A DNA stretch of 64,000 bases from Thermoplasmata archaeon (GCA_020348445.1 CP070751.1:254006-318005), one strand, 5' to 3'. Shown: positions 9,300 through 19,756, counted from the stretch's first letter. Translations and numbers: made by a program. The notes: generated by a model not told the origin, from the sequence alone.

Positions 9300-9340
9300 C
9301 CAGCAGTATTCCCCCCTTTTTCGATGGGGGTATAGTCGAA

Positions 9341-9358
9341 GTAACTAAATAGTTTTCG
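9341..9358 (-). promoter_or_regulatory. Putative BRE/TATA of the por operon
   Basis: Minus strand CGAAAACTATTTAG about 45 nt upstream of the gamma-subunit start. A G-rich SD follows. Confidence 0.35.
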
Positions 9359-9533
9359 TGTGGTAACCATTGATTGGAGGGCCAGATAAAGGTTTCTGTG
9401 GCATGGATTAAAAACCGAAAATATTCTATTCATTTATTCAGAGTAATACATTTTACATACCATTTGTAATTTAGTATATATTGGGTTCTCATATAAAGAA
9501 AAACATAGTTGTTGAAGTTTCTAACGATAATTA

Positions 9534-10274
9534 CTATTTCTTACCCATTAACATAAAACCTTTTGCCCACAAAAGATGTAACCAAGTTGCCCCCTTTGTA
9601 AAACTATTAACATGAATTCTTTCCATGAAGGGGGTAAAGCTATAGGGTCTTATTGTAACATCAGAAACACCAAGATCTCTCAATCTATTTCTAACAAAAT
9701 ATGGATTTACAGGACTTTCATCTATCTCTCCTTTCATTCGGTTTTCTTTCCAACATCTATATAAAATCCTTGGATTAGCACCATTATTAAAGTCCAAAAC
9801 AAAAATCCACCCCTTCTTTTTAAGAATTCTATTGAGTTCTTTTAAAACCTGATATTGATCATTCACATGACTTAGCGACTCTATTACGATTACACCATCA
9901 AAACTCCTATCTGGGAAATCTATCTGGGTTGCATCACCAACAATCCCTTTTATATTTCCGAGATTGAATAATTCAATGATCGCATTCATACTATCAATCT
10001 TAGTTTTCATAATATCTATACCAAGAATAGTATCAACTTCTTTGCACATATCTGCCATATAAATCTCATTTAAGCCATGCCCACACCCTATGCTGATGAC
10101 CTTTCCTTTTGGATTAGTAAAATGACATATATCTTGAATATATTGTTCAAATTTCCTAATTGTGTGGTTTTTATAATAACTCCAAAAATATTCATCAATT
10201 GAATCAGTATGCCGATTTAGTAGGGTAAAAACATCCTTTCCTCTAAGTTGATCTAATTCGTAATATGCTTTCAT
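9534..10274 (-). CDS. Class I SAM-dependent methyltransferase
   Basis: VISIGCGHG motif I, GIDI, GDA...FPDRSFD, RILKKKG. Confidence 0.85.
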   Translation of the reverse strand: MKAYYELDQLRGKDVFTLLNRHTDSIDEYFWSYYKNHTIRKFEQYIQDICHFTNPKGKVISIGCGHGLNEIYMADMCKEVDTILGIDIMKTKIDSMNAIIELFNLGNIKGIVGDATQIDFPDRSFDGVIVIESLSHVNDQYQVLKELNRILKKKGWIFVLDFNNGANPRILYRCWKENRMKGEIDESPVNPYFVRNRLRDLGVSDVTIRPYSFTPFMERIHVNSFTKGATWLHLLWAKGFMLMGKK

Positions 10275-10434
10275 GGTTTTATCCAGCTAAAAATATCCGT
10301 ATGGTATCTATACTAAATTATCTGTCAAAATATTTGGAATTGATAATTTTAAAATCATTAAATCGGACAGAGAGAATTATTTAATATTTGTCGAATGCTC
10401 AAAATATTTATACCCAAAGGCTTATTTAACAAAG

Positions 10435-11361
10435 ATGAGCAACACAGAAGCCACCACAATCATCGACATTTTTCGGGTAATTCTCGGTATTGCCCTTCTG
10501 TGTTTTGCATCCTATACTGATCTTAAGACTAGACGAGTAAAAAACGAGGTATGGATGCTAATGGGATTATGCGGTGCTATTTTGCTTATAATCCAGATGT
10601 TTTTTGAAAAAAAGGCCTGGGAGTACTACTTGATTTTCTTGCCAGTGGGTATTCTTTTCGGCTCCATGTTTTTCGAGCACGAGCCTCTTTACGATACCGA
10701 GAAAAAGAAGTTTAATTTCATATTGTTTGCGTTGTATATAATCGGGATTTTAGCGTTATTTTACCAAATTTATGCATTATGGGGGGAAAACTATTTCTTT
10801 CGATTGCTAATCATTCCTGTTCTGATCATATTTTTCTTTATTCTTTATCAGATGGGTGTTCTACATGGCGGGGCTGATACCAAGGCCATGATGGCAATTG
10901 CTATTTTGACGCCCTTTTACACGCATTTCTTTGGATTCCCCATCCTCCATTTCTCATCTGAGAGACTTGCAGAAGCAATGGAACTATTCTTTCCCTTTGC
11001 CTTTTTGGTCCTGATGAACTCCGTGCTTTTTGTGGTGTGGGCACTTCTGGCATTTCTTGTTCTCAACACTGCAAAAAGGGATACTGCCTTTCCAGAGATG
11101 CTCCTCGGCTACAAGATGGATATAGAGGAGGTCGGGAAAAAATTCGTATGGTCTATGGAAAGGATAGTGGATGGGGAGAGGGTTATTGTGTTATTTCCAA
11201 AGAGGCACGATAAGGATAGCCTCGAGAAACTGAAGGAAATGGGTGTAAAAAGGATATGGGTAACTCCCAAAATCCCGTTTATCGTTTTTATTATGGCTGG
11301 TTTTATAATTTCTGCATTTTTGGGAAACATATTTGCGGCGATGCTGGGGCTACTCGGCTGA
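10435..11361 (+). CDS. Archaeal A24 prepilin/prearchaellin peptidase (FlaK/PibD-like)
   Basis: Both catalytic Asp present (ASYTDLKTRRV and HGGADTK). Multiple TM segments and C-terminal archaeal A24 domain IWVTPKIPF. TTTTATA about 25 nt upstream. Confidence 0.88.
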   Translation: MSNTEATTIIDIFRVILGIALLCFASYTDLKTRRVKNEVWMLMGLCGAILLIIQMFFEKKAWEYYLIFLPVGILFGSMFFEHEPLYDTEKKKFNFILFALYIIGILALFYQIYALWGENYFFRLLIIPVLIIFFFILYQMGVLHGGADTKAMMAIAILTPFYTHFFGFPILHFSSERLAEAMELFFPFAFLVLMNSVLFVVWALLAFLVLNTAKRDTAFPEMLLGYKMDIEEVGKKFVWSMERIVDGERVIVLFPKRHDKDSLEKLKEMGVKRIWVTPKIPFIVFIMAGFIISAFLGNIFAAMLGLLG

Positions 11362-11496
11362 GAGTAACTAGTAAAAGAAAAGATTTAAAAAAATGGAGAA
11401 AAGCATATGCATGCTATTATAAGAGCGCCATATGTGCTAATAACGAAGGTCTTCACAGAGATAAAGTCCATCCTTGGGAGCTTCAGGCTCAGTATT

Positions 11497-13428
11497 ATGG
11501 CTATTTCAAAGAGAGATTGGTTGATTATAATTTCATTATTTATTATCGTTTTATTTCCGAGGGGTCTGATGTTGGGCCGATGGACATATATTGAAGGGAC
11601 TACCTGGATTGAAAGAAGCGATAACTTCAGAGGGGGATTAATAAGTGGTAATTTTGAAGAAACTTATCAAATGACCCATCCCGGAGTAACTACGATGTGG
11701 ATTTCCACAATATTCTATTCACTAGGGGTAATAATCACTGGTAATAACCTCTCATCTGTTGATATCCTGGTAATTGAACAGATGGGCCATGTTCTTGTAG
11801 TTTCGATGTTGACAATTCTAATTTATGCTTTGTTAGTTAAAGTTTTCAATAGGACTGTTGCGATTCTCTCAATACTTTTTATTGCATTCGATCCATATCA
11901 CATATTACTATCCCGTCTCATTTATCATGAAGCCTTGGTTGCTAGTTTTCTAATGATCAGTATCCTAACAATTTATTTATATTTAAAAGATGGAAAAACC
12001 AAAGGATATCTGGTGTTATCTGGTATGTCTGCAGGTTTAGCGTTTCTTTCAAAGATAACCACGTTCCTTTTAATTCCCTTTATTCCTTTGCTCATTCTCA
12101 TTTTTCGTATGAATCTGTTTTCTAAGAGAAGGAATATAAAAAAGAAAAATATAAAGAAGGTAATAAAAGAAATTGTAATATGGATTTTATGCGCCTTTTT
12201 TATCTTTTTTGTATTATGGCCTGCTATGTGGGTATCCCCGCAAAATACGGTATCAAAGTTGGGTTCTGCCTCGGTAGGTGTAATGTCGGGTTCCCTTTAT
12301 GTATATAATGAAACACTGTCAACCCCCTCAATTTTCTATTATTTCACACGTCTACCATTTTTAATAACTCCCATCGTTCTCATTTATGCAGTTGTAACAT
12401 TCTTATATTTATTGATATCACTTAAAAAGAAAAAAAATTCATTTGGCCTGATTCCAGCATTAATTATATTGATATTTACGCTTTATTTCGTGACAATAAT
12501 GTCATTTTCACCAAAGAAAACAACATGGTATATTCTCATATATAATGTCGTTATGGATGTGGTTGCAGGTTTAGGTCTGTATTTATGTGTGGGCTATATA
12601 TTCTCAAACCTCAAGTCAATCTACACTCATCTCAACTCTTTTATAAGTAGCAAGAAAGTACAAAAAATCTTTGCATTGTCGTTAATATTTCTATCCATTA
12701 CTCCTCAAGTCTATTCATCGTTGCCATTATGTCCGTATTACTCGCTTTACCATAATCCAATAAAGGCCACCTTTTTTGGGACAGGGGAAGAGTATTATGG
12801 GGGTAATGGTGAAGGTCTTGGTGATGCCGCAAGATATCTTAACAAAAAAGAAGATGCAAGAAATTTGACAGTTGCATTAGGAGAGGGATGGGTAAGCAAC
12901 CTTGACATTTTTTTTGATGGAAACACTACAACTGTAGAAAATGCAATGTCTCCAAATACAGATTATATCATTTTTTATAGGAAACAGTATTTGAGAGGTT
13001 ATGATCCTGAGCTAGTACATAATTATATTGAAACAATGGAAGCTGAGTATATCGTGCGCATCCGAGGGATGATATTTGTTTGGATTTATCCAAGGTCTAC
13101 TATATCTTTCTCAAATAGAGATATTTCTGTTTCTAATCGGAACCCATTAGCTGGTGAAAATGTAACGATAACAGTTCTAATACAAAACTTAGGTGACGAG
13201 AGCGAAACTGCAATAGTCAGAATATATGATGGTGATCCAAACGAAGGAGGTGAAGTTCTGGCTCAAGATATTACCATTACGATAGATCCTTATAAAAGCT
13301 CTACCGTCTCCACAATTTGGAATGCCACACCTGGGCAACATAAAATATTTATCACGGCGGAGAACGTCGACCCTATAAAAGCGGTAACTTCATTCGATAA
13401 TGCTGAAATAGAACTAGATGTTAAATAA
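11497..13428 (+). CDS. GT-C fold (PMT/ArnT-like, GT39/83) membrane glycosyltransferase with C-terminal CARDB/Ig-like domain
   Basis: THPGVTTMW loop, FDPYHILLSRLIYHEAL, LAFLSKIT, ~11 TM segments. C-terminal GENVTITVLIQNLG...WNATPGQHKIFITA is CARDB-like. Start chosen at ATG 11497 (track 11407). Confidence 0.7.
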   Translation: MAISKRDWLIIISLFIIVLFPRGLMLGRWTYIEGTTWIERSDNFRGGLISGNFEETYQMTHPGVTTMWISTIFYSLGVIITGNNLSSVDILVIEQMGHVLVVSMLTILIYALLVKVFNRTVAILSILFIAFDPYHILLSRLIYHEALVASFLMISILTIYLYLKDGKTKGYLVLSGMSAGLAFLSKITTFLLIPFIPLLILIFRMNLFSKRRNIKKKNIKKVIKEIVIWILCAFFIFFVLWPAMWVSPQNTVSKLGSASVGVMSGSLYVYNETLSTPSIFYYFTRLPFLITPIVLIYAVVTFLYLLISLKKKKNSFGLIPALIILIFTLYFVTIMSFSPKKTTWYILIYNVVMDVVAGLGLYLCVGYIFSNLKSIYTHLNSFISSKKVQKIFALSLIFLSITPQVYSSLPLCPYYSLYHNPIKATFFGTGEEYYGGNGEGLGDAARYLNKKEDARNLTVALGEGWVSNLDIFFDGNTTTVENAMSPNTDYIIFYRKQYLRGYDPELVHNYIETMEAEYIVRIRGMIFVWIYPRSTISFSNRDISVSNRNPLAGENVTITVLIQNLGDESETAIVRIYDGDPNEGGEVLAQDITITIDPYKSSTVSTIWNATPGQHKIFITAENVDPIKAVTSFDNAEIELDVK

Positions 13429-13436
13429 TCCATAAT

Positions 13437-13694
13437 TTGATGAATTTTAACTCCTATTTGATGCAATTTTATCCGAACTTTTTTGGAATTTTCATCCTTC
13501 AGTCCTCACCGGCGAGGCTTGCCGAAGCAATGGAGTTATTCTTTCCCTTTTCCTTTTTAGTCCTGATGAACTCCGTGTTCTTTGGGATATGGGTAACTCC
13601 GAAGATACCGTTTATGGTGTTTATTATGGCTGGTTTTATTATCTCAGCATTTTTGGGGAACATATTTGGGGCGATGTTTAGCCTTCTCGATTGA
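13437..13694 (+). pseudogene. Truncated, internally deleted paralogue of the prepilin peptidase 3' end (or 75-85 aa mini membrane protein)
   Basis: RLAEAMELFFPFSFLVLMNSV matches 10915-11031 and IWVTPKIPFMVFIMAGFIISAFLGNIF matches 11254-11361. The 74 intervening codons are replaced by one Gly codon and both catalytic Asp are absent. Confidence 0.8.
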
Positions 13695-13755
13695 AGGTAA
13701 TGAGTAAAAGGCAAGTTTTCGGGAAATCAAACCAGGATATCAGAAATAACCACAG

Positions 13756-13772
13756 GAAAAAGGTTATTTAAG
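13756..13772 (+). promoter_or_regulatory. Putative BRE/TATA for the GT2-gtrA-acyltransferase cluster
   Basis: GAAAAAGGTTATTTAAG about 28-35 nt upstream of ATG 13800. Confidence 0.45.
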
Positions 13773-13799
13773 ATAATCTCGATAAGACGCCCGGTTCCG

Positions 13800-14765
13800 A
13801 TGAGCAACGAAGATGGGAATATAAGCTACTCAGTGGTAATACCAGTATTCAACGAGAAGCCGAACATCTTACCGTTATACAGGGAACTGAAACCAGTAAT
13901 GGAGAAAATCGGTAAGAAATATGAGATCCTGTTCATCGACGACGGAAGCAAAGATGGCACCTATTTCGTGATAAAAAGGTTGCATGACAAGGACAAGAAA
14001 GTCAAGGCTATAAGACTGAGAAAGAATTTCGGACAGACCGCGGCTATCTCTGCTGGATTCGATCATGCGAAAGGGGAAGTAATAATTACAATGGATGGGG
14101 ATTTGCAAAATGATCCCAGAGACATTCCCAGATTACTTTCAAAGCTCAACCAGGGCTATGATGTTGTATCAGGCTGGAGATATAATCGAAAGGATCCAGG
14201 ACTATCAAAAAAAATCCCCTCAAAGATATCCAATAGACTTGCCAGCAGAATGACAGGCCTAAAATTGCACGACTACGGCTGCACACTTAAGGCATACCGC
14301 AAATCAGCACTTTCGGACTTGAAACTGTATGGAGAGATGCACAGATACATCCCAGCGGTATTGCACTGGCAAGGATTTAAGGTAGCCGAAATCAAGGTAA
14401 GACATCATCCCAGGACCAAGGGCCAGACAAAATATGGTGCTAAAAGGCTTTTTCGTGGGCTATTTGACCTATTCAACTTTAAATTTTGGTCTGGATACTC
14501 CACAAGACCTCTGCACTTCTTTGGAGGCATAGGAATAGTGTCTTTTCTTGCGGGATTCTTTATTAGCCTTTATCTTGTGATATTGAGATTTCTATATAAT
14601 ACCCCATTGGAAGATAGACCCCTTCTGCTTCTGGGAGCTCTTTTCATAATATTGGGAATACAATTGATCATGTTCGGTTTCTTGGGAGAGATGATAGTCC
14701 GGGTATATTACGATAAAACCGGGAGAAAGACATACGTCCTGGCTGAAGAATTGGGGAAAGAATGA
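13800..14765 (+). CDS. GT2 polyprenol-phosphate glycosyltransferase (ArnC/DPM-like)
   Basis: SVVIPVFNE, IDDGSKDGT, NFGQTAA, TMDGDLQNDP, two C-terminal TM helices. Confidence 0.9.
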   Translation: MSNEDGNISYSVVIPVFNEKPNILPLYRELKPVMEKIGKKYEILFIDDGSKDGTYFVIKRLHDKDKKVKAIRLRKNFGQTAAISAGFDHAKGEVIITMDGDLQNDPRDIPRLLSKLNQGYDVVSGWRYNRKDPGLSKKIPSKISNRLASRMTGLKLHDYGCTLKAYRKSALSDLKLYGEMHRYIPAVLHWQGFKVAEIKVRHHPRTKGQTKYGAKRLFRGLFDLFNFKFWSGYSTRPLHFFGGIGIVSFLAGFFISLYLVILRFLYNTPLEDRPLLLLGALFIILGIQLIMFGFLGEMIVRVYYDKTGRKTYVLAEELGKE

Positions 14766-14795
14766 CTGACCTTATCCAGAAAGCGAGGCCATCCA

Positions 14796-15284
14796 ATGAA
14801 AAAAATAATAACAGATTTTTCCAAATATACTTTGATAGGGGTAATAATATCCATAATGATAATTTTCTTTACCTGGTTATTAATTGACATTATCCATATA
14901 CATACATTTATCGCTACTGCATCTGTAGTTGTGGTCTTCCATGTAATTAAATTTCTTCTCTACAGAGGTAGCAATTTGTTCGATAGAGAAATGATGGGTA
15001 GAACTCAGTTTATATTATATACCATAATTGTTGTCTTTTCATCAATTTTACATATTCTGTTGGTTTGGTATTTAGTTGACATGGCACACTTACCCACCCT
15101 ATTCAGCGTAACTGTAGTCATTGCAGGATTGTTTGTGATGAGGTTTGTATTGTTCAAGTCTTTGCATCTGATTGGAAATAATTTAAAAAAAGAGAAGAAT
15201 CTATATAAAGATTTAAACCACAAAACATTAATATTATCATGGCCTCTTTTAATGGAAGAGAAATGGAGAAGAAAAAAGCTTTAG
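14796..15284 (+). CDS. GtrA-like small membrane protein (lipid-linked sugar translocase family)
   Basis: F-x-KY-x-LIG start, four short hydrophobic helices in two repeats, directly after an ArnC-like GT2. Confidence 0.6.
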   Translation: MKKIITDFSKYTLIGVIISIMIIFFTWLLIDIIHIHTFIATASVVVVFHVIKFLLYRGSNLFDREMMGRTQFILYTIIVVFSSILHILLVWYLVDMAHLPTLFSVTVVIAGLFVMRFVLFKSLHLIGNNLKKEKNLYKDLNHKTLILSWPLLMEEKWRRKKL

Positions 15285-15838
15285 CCCCCAATAAAACCCT
15301 CTCAGAAATAATGGCCCTTAAAAGAAAATCTATACCCTATGTAAGATATGGTCATTATTTTACAATATATGGATTAGTCAAATATATCCCCCCCCCAGTG
15401 GGAGATTTACTTAGGTACGGTGTCCTAAAATTCTATCTTAAGGGTATTTCTAAAAAAACATGGATTAAAGATGGAGTAACAATATCATATCCCGAAAATG
15501 TCTCTATAGGATCGAACTGTACACTCAACGAATTTGTATTCATAAACGGATATGGTGGAGTAGAAATCGGTAATTGGGTTCGTATTGCTCATCGAACCTC
15601 GATAATCTCTGAAGACCATGGGTATAAGCGTCGTGACATACCTATAAGTCTTCAGAAAAAAAAGGGCAAAAAAATAGTTATAGGGGACGATGTCTGGATA
15701 GGGTGTGACGTAAAAATATTGAAAGGGGTCAAGGTAGGAAAGGGCGCAGTAATTGGAGCAGGTTCAGTGGTCACAAAAGACGTACCCAATTTTGCGGTAG
15801 TGGTTGGAAATCCCGCAAAAATAATCAAGTATAGATAA
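15263..15838 (+). CDS. Hexapeptide-repeat (LbH) sugar O/N-acyltransferase
   Basis: NVSIGSNC, VEIGNWVRI, IVIGDDVWIG, IGAGSVVTKDVP...GNPAKII. Start 15263 or 15239. Confidence 0.9.
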   Translation: MEKKKALAPNKTLSEIMALKRKSIPYVRYGHYFTIYGLVKYIPPPVGDLLRYGVLKFYLKGISKKTWIKDGVTISYPENVSIGSNCTLNEFVFINGYGGVEIGNWVRIAHRTSIISEDHGYKRRDIPISLQKKKGKKIVIGDDVWIGCDVKILKGVKVGKGAVIGAGSVVTKDVPNFAVVVGNPAKIIKYR

Positions 15839-15881
15839 AATCAAATGAATTCCTCAATCATAAATATATTTAATCAAAAAT

Positions 15882-16679
15882 ATGAGGCGATGTTTGGTGG
15901 AGAAGAAGAAATCTTTTGATTATGTAGAAGATCATTATTTCAAATTGAAAGATCAAGAAGAAGATTTTAGAAATAACAACCTAACCGACCTATTATTGAC
16001 ATATTTAAAAGGTGGAACTGTGTTAGATATTGGTTGTGGTGTTGGATATTTTTTATCCAAAGCCGAAAAAAGATGTTCAAAAGCCTATGGCATTGAACCC
16101 AATAAGAATCTATCTCGGTTCATAAGAAAAGAATTCAACAGTTCGGTTATAATTTTTGAAATCTGGGCACAGGAATTGGACACTTTAAAAGAAAAATTTG
16201 ACAATATTACGATGATTGATGTTTTGGAACATATCGAAGAGGATGAAGAACATATAAGAACAATTTTTAATCAATTAAACGATAAAGGACGCTTCATTCT
16301 TGTGGTCCCCGCTCATAAAATCCTTTTTGGGATCAGGGATAAGAAAGCAGGGCATTATAGAAGATATGCTAAATATGAGTTGATTACAAAATTACAAAAA
16401 AATGGATTCAATATCATGAAAATAAGACATTGGAATATGATTGGTTTTTTTCCGTATTATGGGACCGAAAAAATCTTGCATAAAGAATTATCCTCTCGGA
16501 TAAGGTTTGACAAGGAGAAGGGAACAGTTAGGAAAATATTAAATTCTTTTTTTAATCTGTGGTTTAAATGCATTGAAAATAATGTCAATTTTCATTTTGG
16601 CCTTTCTTTAATAGTAGTTGCAGAGAAAAGTAATAATCTAAAAAAGACCAAAACCATAATAAGAGGGAAAGAAGATTAA
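15882..16679 (+). CDS. Class I SAM-dependent methyltransferase
   Basis: VLDIGCGVG, GIEPN, DVLEHIE, VPAH...D...GHYRRY. This type is common in glycan loci. Confidence 0.88.
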   Translation: MRRCLVEKKKSFDYVEDHYFKLKDQEEDFRNNNLTDLLLTYLKGGTVLDIGCGVGYFLSKAEKRCSKAYGIEPNKNLSRFIRKEFNSSVIIFEIWAQELDTLKEKFDNITMIDVLEHIEEDEEHIRTIFNQLNDKGRFILVVPAHKILFGIRDKKAGHYRRYAKYELITKLQKNGFNIMKIRHWNMIGFFPYYGTEKILHKELSSRIRFDKEKGTVRKILNSFFNLWFKCIENNVNFHFGLSLIVVAEKSNNLKKTKTIIRGKED

Positions 16680-16806
16680 TAAAAAAAAGGGTGATAGCCA
16701 AGATATTAAATTAATTCTGATATTACAATATATAATATATGGCCTCAGAACAACCCAAATATTCATAGGAAAATAAATCATTCAAATTAAATGTTTGGTG
16801 AATTAA

Positions 16807-18450
16807 ATGCCAGTAAAAATGTATAATTCCTCAAGGTTTTTTAATATATTAAAAAAATTATTAAATAAAGTCTCAATGATACCATTAAATAAAAAAGTAT
16901 TATGCATAAGGCTTCTCCTTATATCTTTTATCCTTTTAGGTGGTGGTTTGAGGTTATTCGAACTTACATCAAGACCTTTTGTGGCAGATGAGGGGATATC
17001 AACAATGGCTGCAATTGATATCTATAAAACAGGTTACCCTCCAACCACACCTGGTGATGTGGTGTATTGGAGGTCAGTATTTCATACCTCATCCATGGCA
17101 ATATTCTTTCAATTTTTAGGTATAAGTGTTTTTGTTGCAAGATTGCCAAGCGTTATTGCCGGAACGCTAACAATTTTGTTAATCTATTATTTTGGAAAGG
17201 AACTGATGAACTGGAAAGTAGGTCTTATTGCTGCATTTCTTTTATCTGTTAATACCCTAGCTATAGATTTAAGCAGGGAGGCTAGAATGTACGCATTCTT
17301 CCAATTCTTTTACCTACTATCCTTATATTTCTTTTATAAGGGTTTTGAAGTTAAAGAGGGAAAAACCCTTCGCCTTTTCAATGACAGAATAAAAATTGAG
17401 AATATAAGGCCGTTTTACATTGTTTCTTCATTTGGAGTATTCTTAATTTCATTCCTATGTCACCAAGGTACAGCTGTTTTAATACTAGGAATCATTGGTT
17501 ATGCAGTTGTGATGAGTGTAATTTTGCGTAAAAAAGATCCCACATCAGTGGTGTATTTAGATAAATACTTATTACTACTTCTACTTTCGATTATTATAAT
17601 CATAGCCGGTATTTTAATGATTACTCTTACTGATTATGGTCAAAAATTTCCTTCTTTAACATCTTATCTAAGCATCAATTTAGGGGCAATTAAAACCAGC
17701 ATTGTTTATAATGGTTTCTATTTCATCCAAAACTTTCCAATTGAATGGTGCTTTGCAACGCTCGGTTTGTTTTTGATTTTAAGAAATAGGAGAAAGAACG
17801 AGTTTTTCCTTATGCTCTCCTTTTTAGTTCCTCTAGTCTTTCAATTATTGTTTTTCCATTTCACTTTTATTGGCTATAAATATATATTCCATTTAATTCC
17901 ATTATTCATTATTCTTAGTGCCTATGGTATCTATGAGGTAGCTAGATATCTTAGAGCCTTTGAATATCTGAGAGTTCACCTAAACATTATACCTAGGCTT
18001 TTCTGCATCTTTTTATGTGTATTGATCATTTTCGCCGGCTTTTCTTATGCCTATTTTTCCACTCATAGGGGTAAGATGGCATCGCCTTATTGGCGAGAGG
18101 CCTGTGAATATGTGCTTATTAATTCCAAGAATGACACATCATTGATTGCCTCCGTTGGTATTATTCCCTATTTCTTTCTGGAATCTGATGAGTACGGGTT
18201 AAGACCGGAATATCCAGAGTATGCTCATAAAAATATCACGATCTATGACAGGCCTTATCTACATACAAGAGAGGATCTTGAAAACTTTACTAGAACACAT
18301 GATAACGGTTGGATATTGATAGATATGGATCGTTGGAATTGGGAAGAAGTTATAACCGAAGATGCAAAAATGTATCTCCAAGAAAATATGACCTATCATC
18401 CTTATAAATACCATGGATATTTGTTTATATATTCATGGGGATACGATTAG
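16807..18450 (+). CDS. GT-C fold (ArnT/PMT-like) membrane glycosyltransferase
   Basis: RPFVADEG (DE motif in first loop), ARLPSVIAG, SREARMYA, multiple TM segments. Alternative start 16876. Confidence 0.8.
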   Translation: MPVKMYNSSRFFNILKKLLNKVSMIPLNKKVLCIRLLLISFILLGGGLRLFELTSRPFVADEGISTMAAIDIYKTGYPPTTPGDVVYWRSVFHTSSMAIFFQFLGISVFVARLPSVIAGTLTILLIYYFGKELMNWKVGLIAAFLLSVNTLAIDLSREARMYAFFQFFYLLSLYFFYKGFEVKEGKTLRLFNDRIKIENIRPFYIVSSFGVFLISFLCHQGTAVLILGIIGYAVVMSVILRKKDPTSVVYLDKYLLLLLLSIIIIIAGILMITLTDYGQKFPSLTSYLSINLGAIKTSIVYNGFYFIQNFPIEWCFATLGLFLILRNRRKNEFFLMLSFLVPLVFQLLFFHFTFIGYKYIFHLIPLFIILSAYGIYEVARYLRAFEYLRVHLNIIPRLFCIFLCVLIIFAGFSYAYFSTHRGKMASPYWREACEYVLINSKNDTSLIASVGIIPYFFLESDEYGLRPEYPEYAHKNITIYDRPYLHTREDLENFTRTHDNGWILIDMDRWNWEEVITEDAKMYLQENMTYHPYKYHGYLFIYSWGYD

Positions 18451-18524
18451 TACCAATACAATATCTAATACATCTCATTTCTGAAGTTATATATATGGGA
18501 AGGATTATGGGGGAATAGGTGCTC

Positions 18525-19721
18525 ATGAAGATTCTGTTTCTCGCGTTGGACGTGAATATTAAAAGCAAAACCGGGGATGCTGTGCATGTCCGTGAAGAGG
18601 TTGCGTCTTTGGCGAAAATTGGGAACGAAGTAACCTTGATTGCTCCGCAAACAGATGGTCCTGAGGATGAGTTAAAATCTTTACAAAACCAAGACAATAT
18701 CAATTTGTATTTCAACAAACCCAAGAAATATTTTCGGAATCTTAAAACGGTTTTATTCTGCAGAAAAATTGCCAAAAAACACGGATCGATTATTATCTAT
18801 GAACGAAGGTTCACACCAAAGATAGGTTACACTTTGAGTAAGATATTGAGAATTCCATTGATCGTTGAGATAAATGGATTAACTGATAAGGAAGCTGAAA
18901 TCCAAAATATTGCTAAAACACGGAACATAATTCCAAAAACTCTAAGAAAGAGAATATGGAGGCATATGTTCAAATCAGTAAAGCGGGTGGTGGTGGTTTC
19001 TTTGGGATTGAAATCTGGACTCACAGAGGAATACGGTTTAAAAAAAGATAAAATAGATGTTATTTACAACGGGGCGAACACTGAACTATTCAAACCCATG
19101 GATATTGTAAAATGCAAAGAAGATCTTGAATTGAATATAAAGCATAGATATGTAGGATTTATCGGTAATCTAGCACCATGGCAAGGTGTGGAGCAGTTGA
19201 TTGAGATTGCACCGAAGGTAATTGAAAAGATCCCTGAAGCGAGATTTTTAATTGTAGGCGATGGACTAATGAGGCCTCAGTTAGAAAGTTCCACAGAGAA
19301 ATTAGGCATCAGGGATAAAGTCATTTTCACAGGATTCATTCCTTACGCAAGTGTTCCAAAGTACATAAACACGTTTGAGGTATGTGCAGCGCCCTTCAGT
19401 GGAATAGAAAGGAACGTAAAGTACAGTTTTTCTGCTATTAAACTATATGAATATATGGCATGTGGAAAACCTGTTGTGACAACTGATGTGGTGGGAATTA
19501 AAGAGGAAATTAACCAGCTTGGTTTAGGCAAGATTGTTAAGGCAGATGATACCCATGCTTTTAGGGAATCAATAATCGAAATATTAGATAATCCAGAACT
19601 TCAGATTGAATATGGAGAAAAAGCGAGAGATTGGGTATTAAAGGAGCATAGTTGGCAAAATGTGGCAGAGAGGGTTCAAAGGGTCTGTCTAAATGTGATA
19701 TCTGGTACAGCAACTATTTAA
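18525..19721 (+). CDS. GT4 family glycosyltransferase
   Basis: FIGNLAPWQG, IVGDG, KLYEYMACGKPVV (ExxxxGxP motif). Confidence 0.9.
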   Translation: MKILFLALDVNIKSKTGDAVHVREEVASLAKIGNEVTLIAPQTDGPEDELKSLQNQDNINLYFNKPKKYFRNLKTVLFCRKIAKKHGSIIIYERRFTPKIGYTLSKILRIPLIVEINGLTDKEAEIQNIAKTRNIIPKTLRKRIWRHMFKSVKRVVVVSLGLKSGLTEEYGLKKDKIDVIYNGANTELFKPMDIVKCKEDLELNIKHRYVGFIGNLAPWQGVEQLIEIAPKVIEKIPEARFLIVGDGLMRPQLESSTEKLGIRDKVIFTGFIPYASVPKYINTFEVCAAPFSGIERNVKYSFSAIKLYEYMACGKPVVTTDVVGIKEEINQLGLGKIVKADDTHAFRESIIEILDNPELQIEYGEKARDWVLKEHSWQNVAERVQRVCLNVISGTATI

Positions 19722-19756
19722 TACAGGTACACGATTCTAATGGCGAGAGTTTGATT

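Noticed and set aside
9311-9330. CCCCC/GGGGG hairpin that could sequester the SD of the POR gamma subunit
   Set aside because: The likely TATA at ~9345-9351 puts the transcription start near 9320-9325, so the 5' arm is probably not transcribed. The sequence is also low complexity.
15180-15284. C-terminal extension of the GtrA-like ORF overlapping the acyltransferase
   Set aside because: It runs through AT-rich, intergenic-looking sequence and is most simply a drifted stop codon with no evidence of function.
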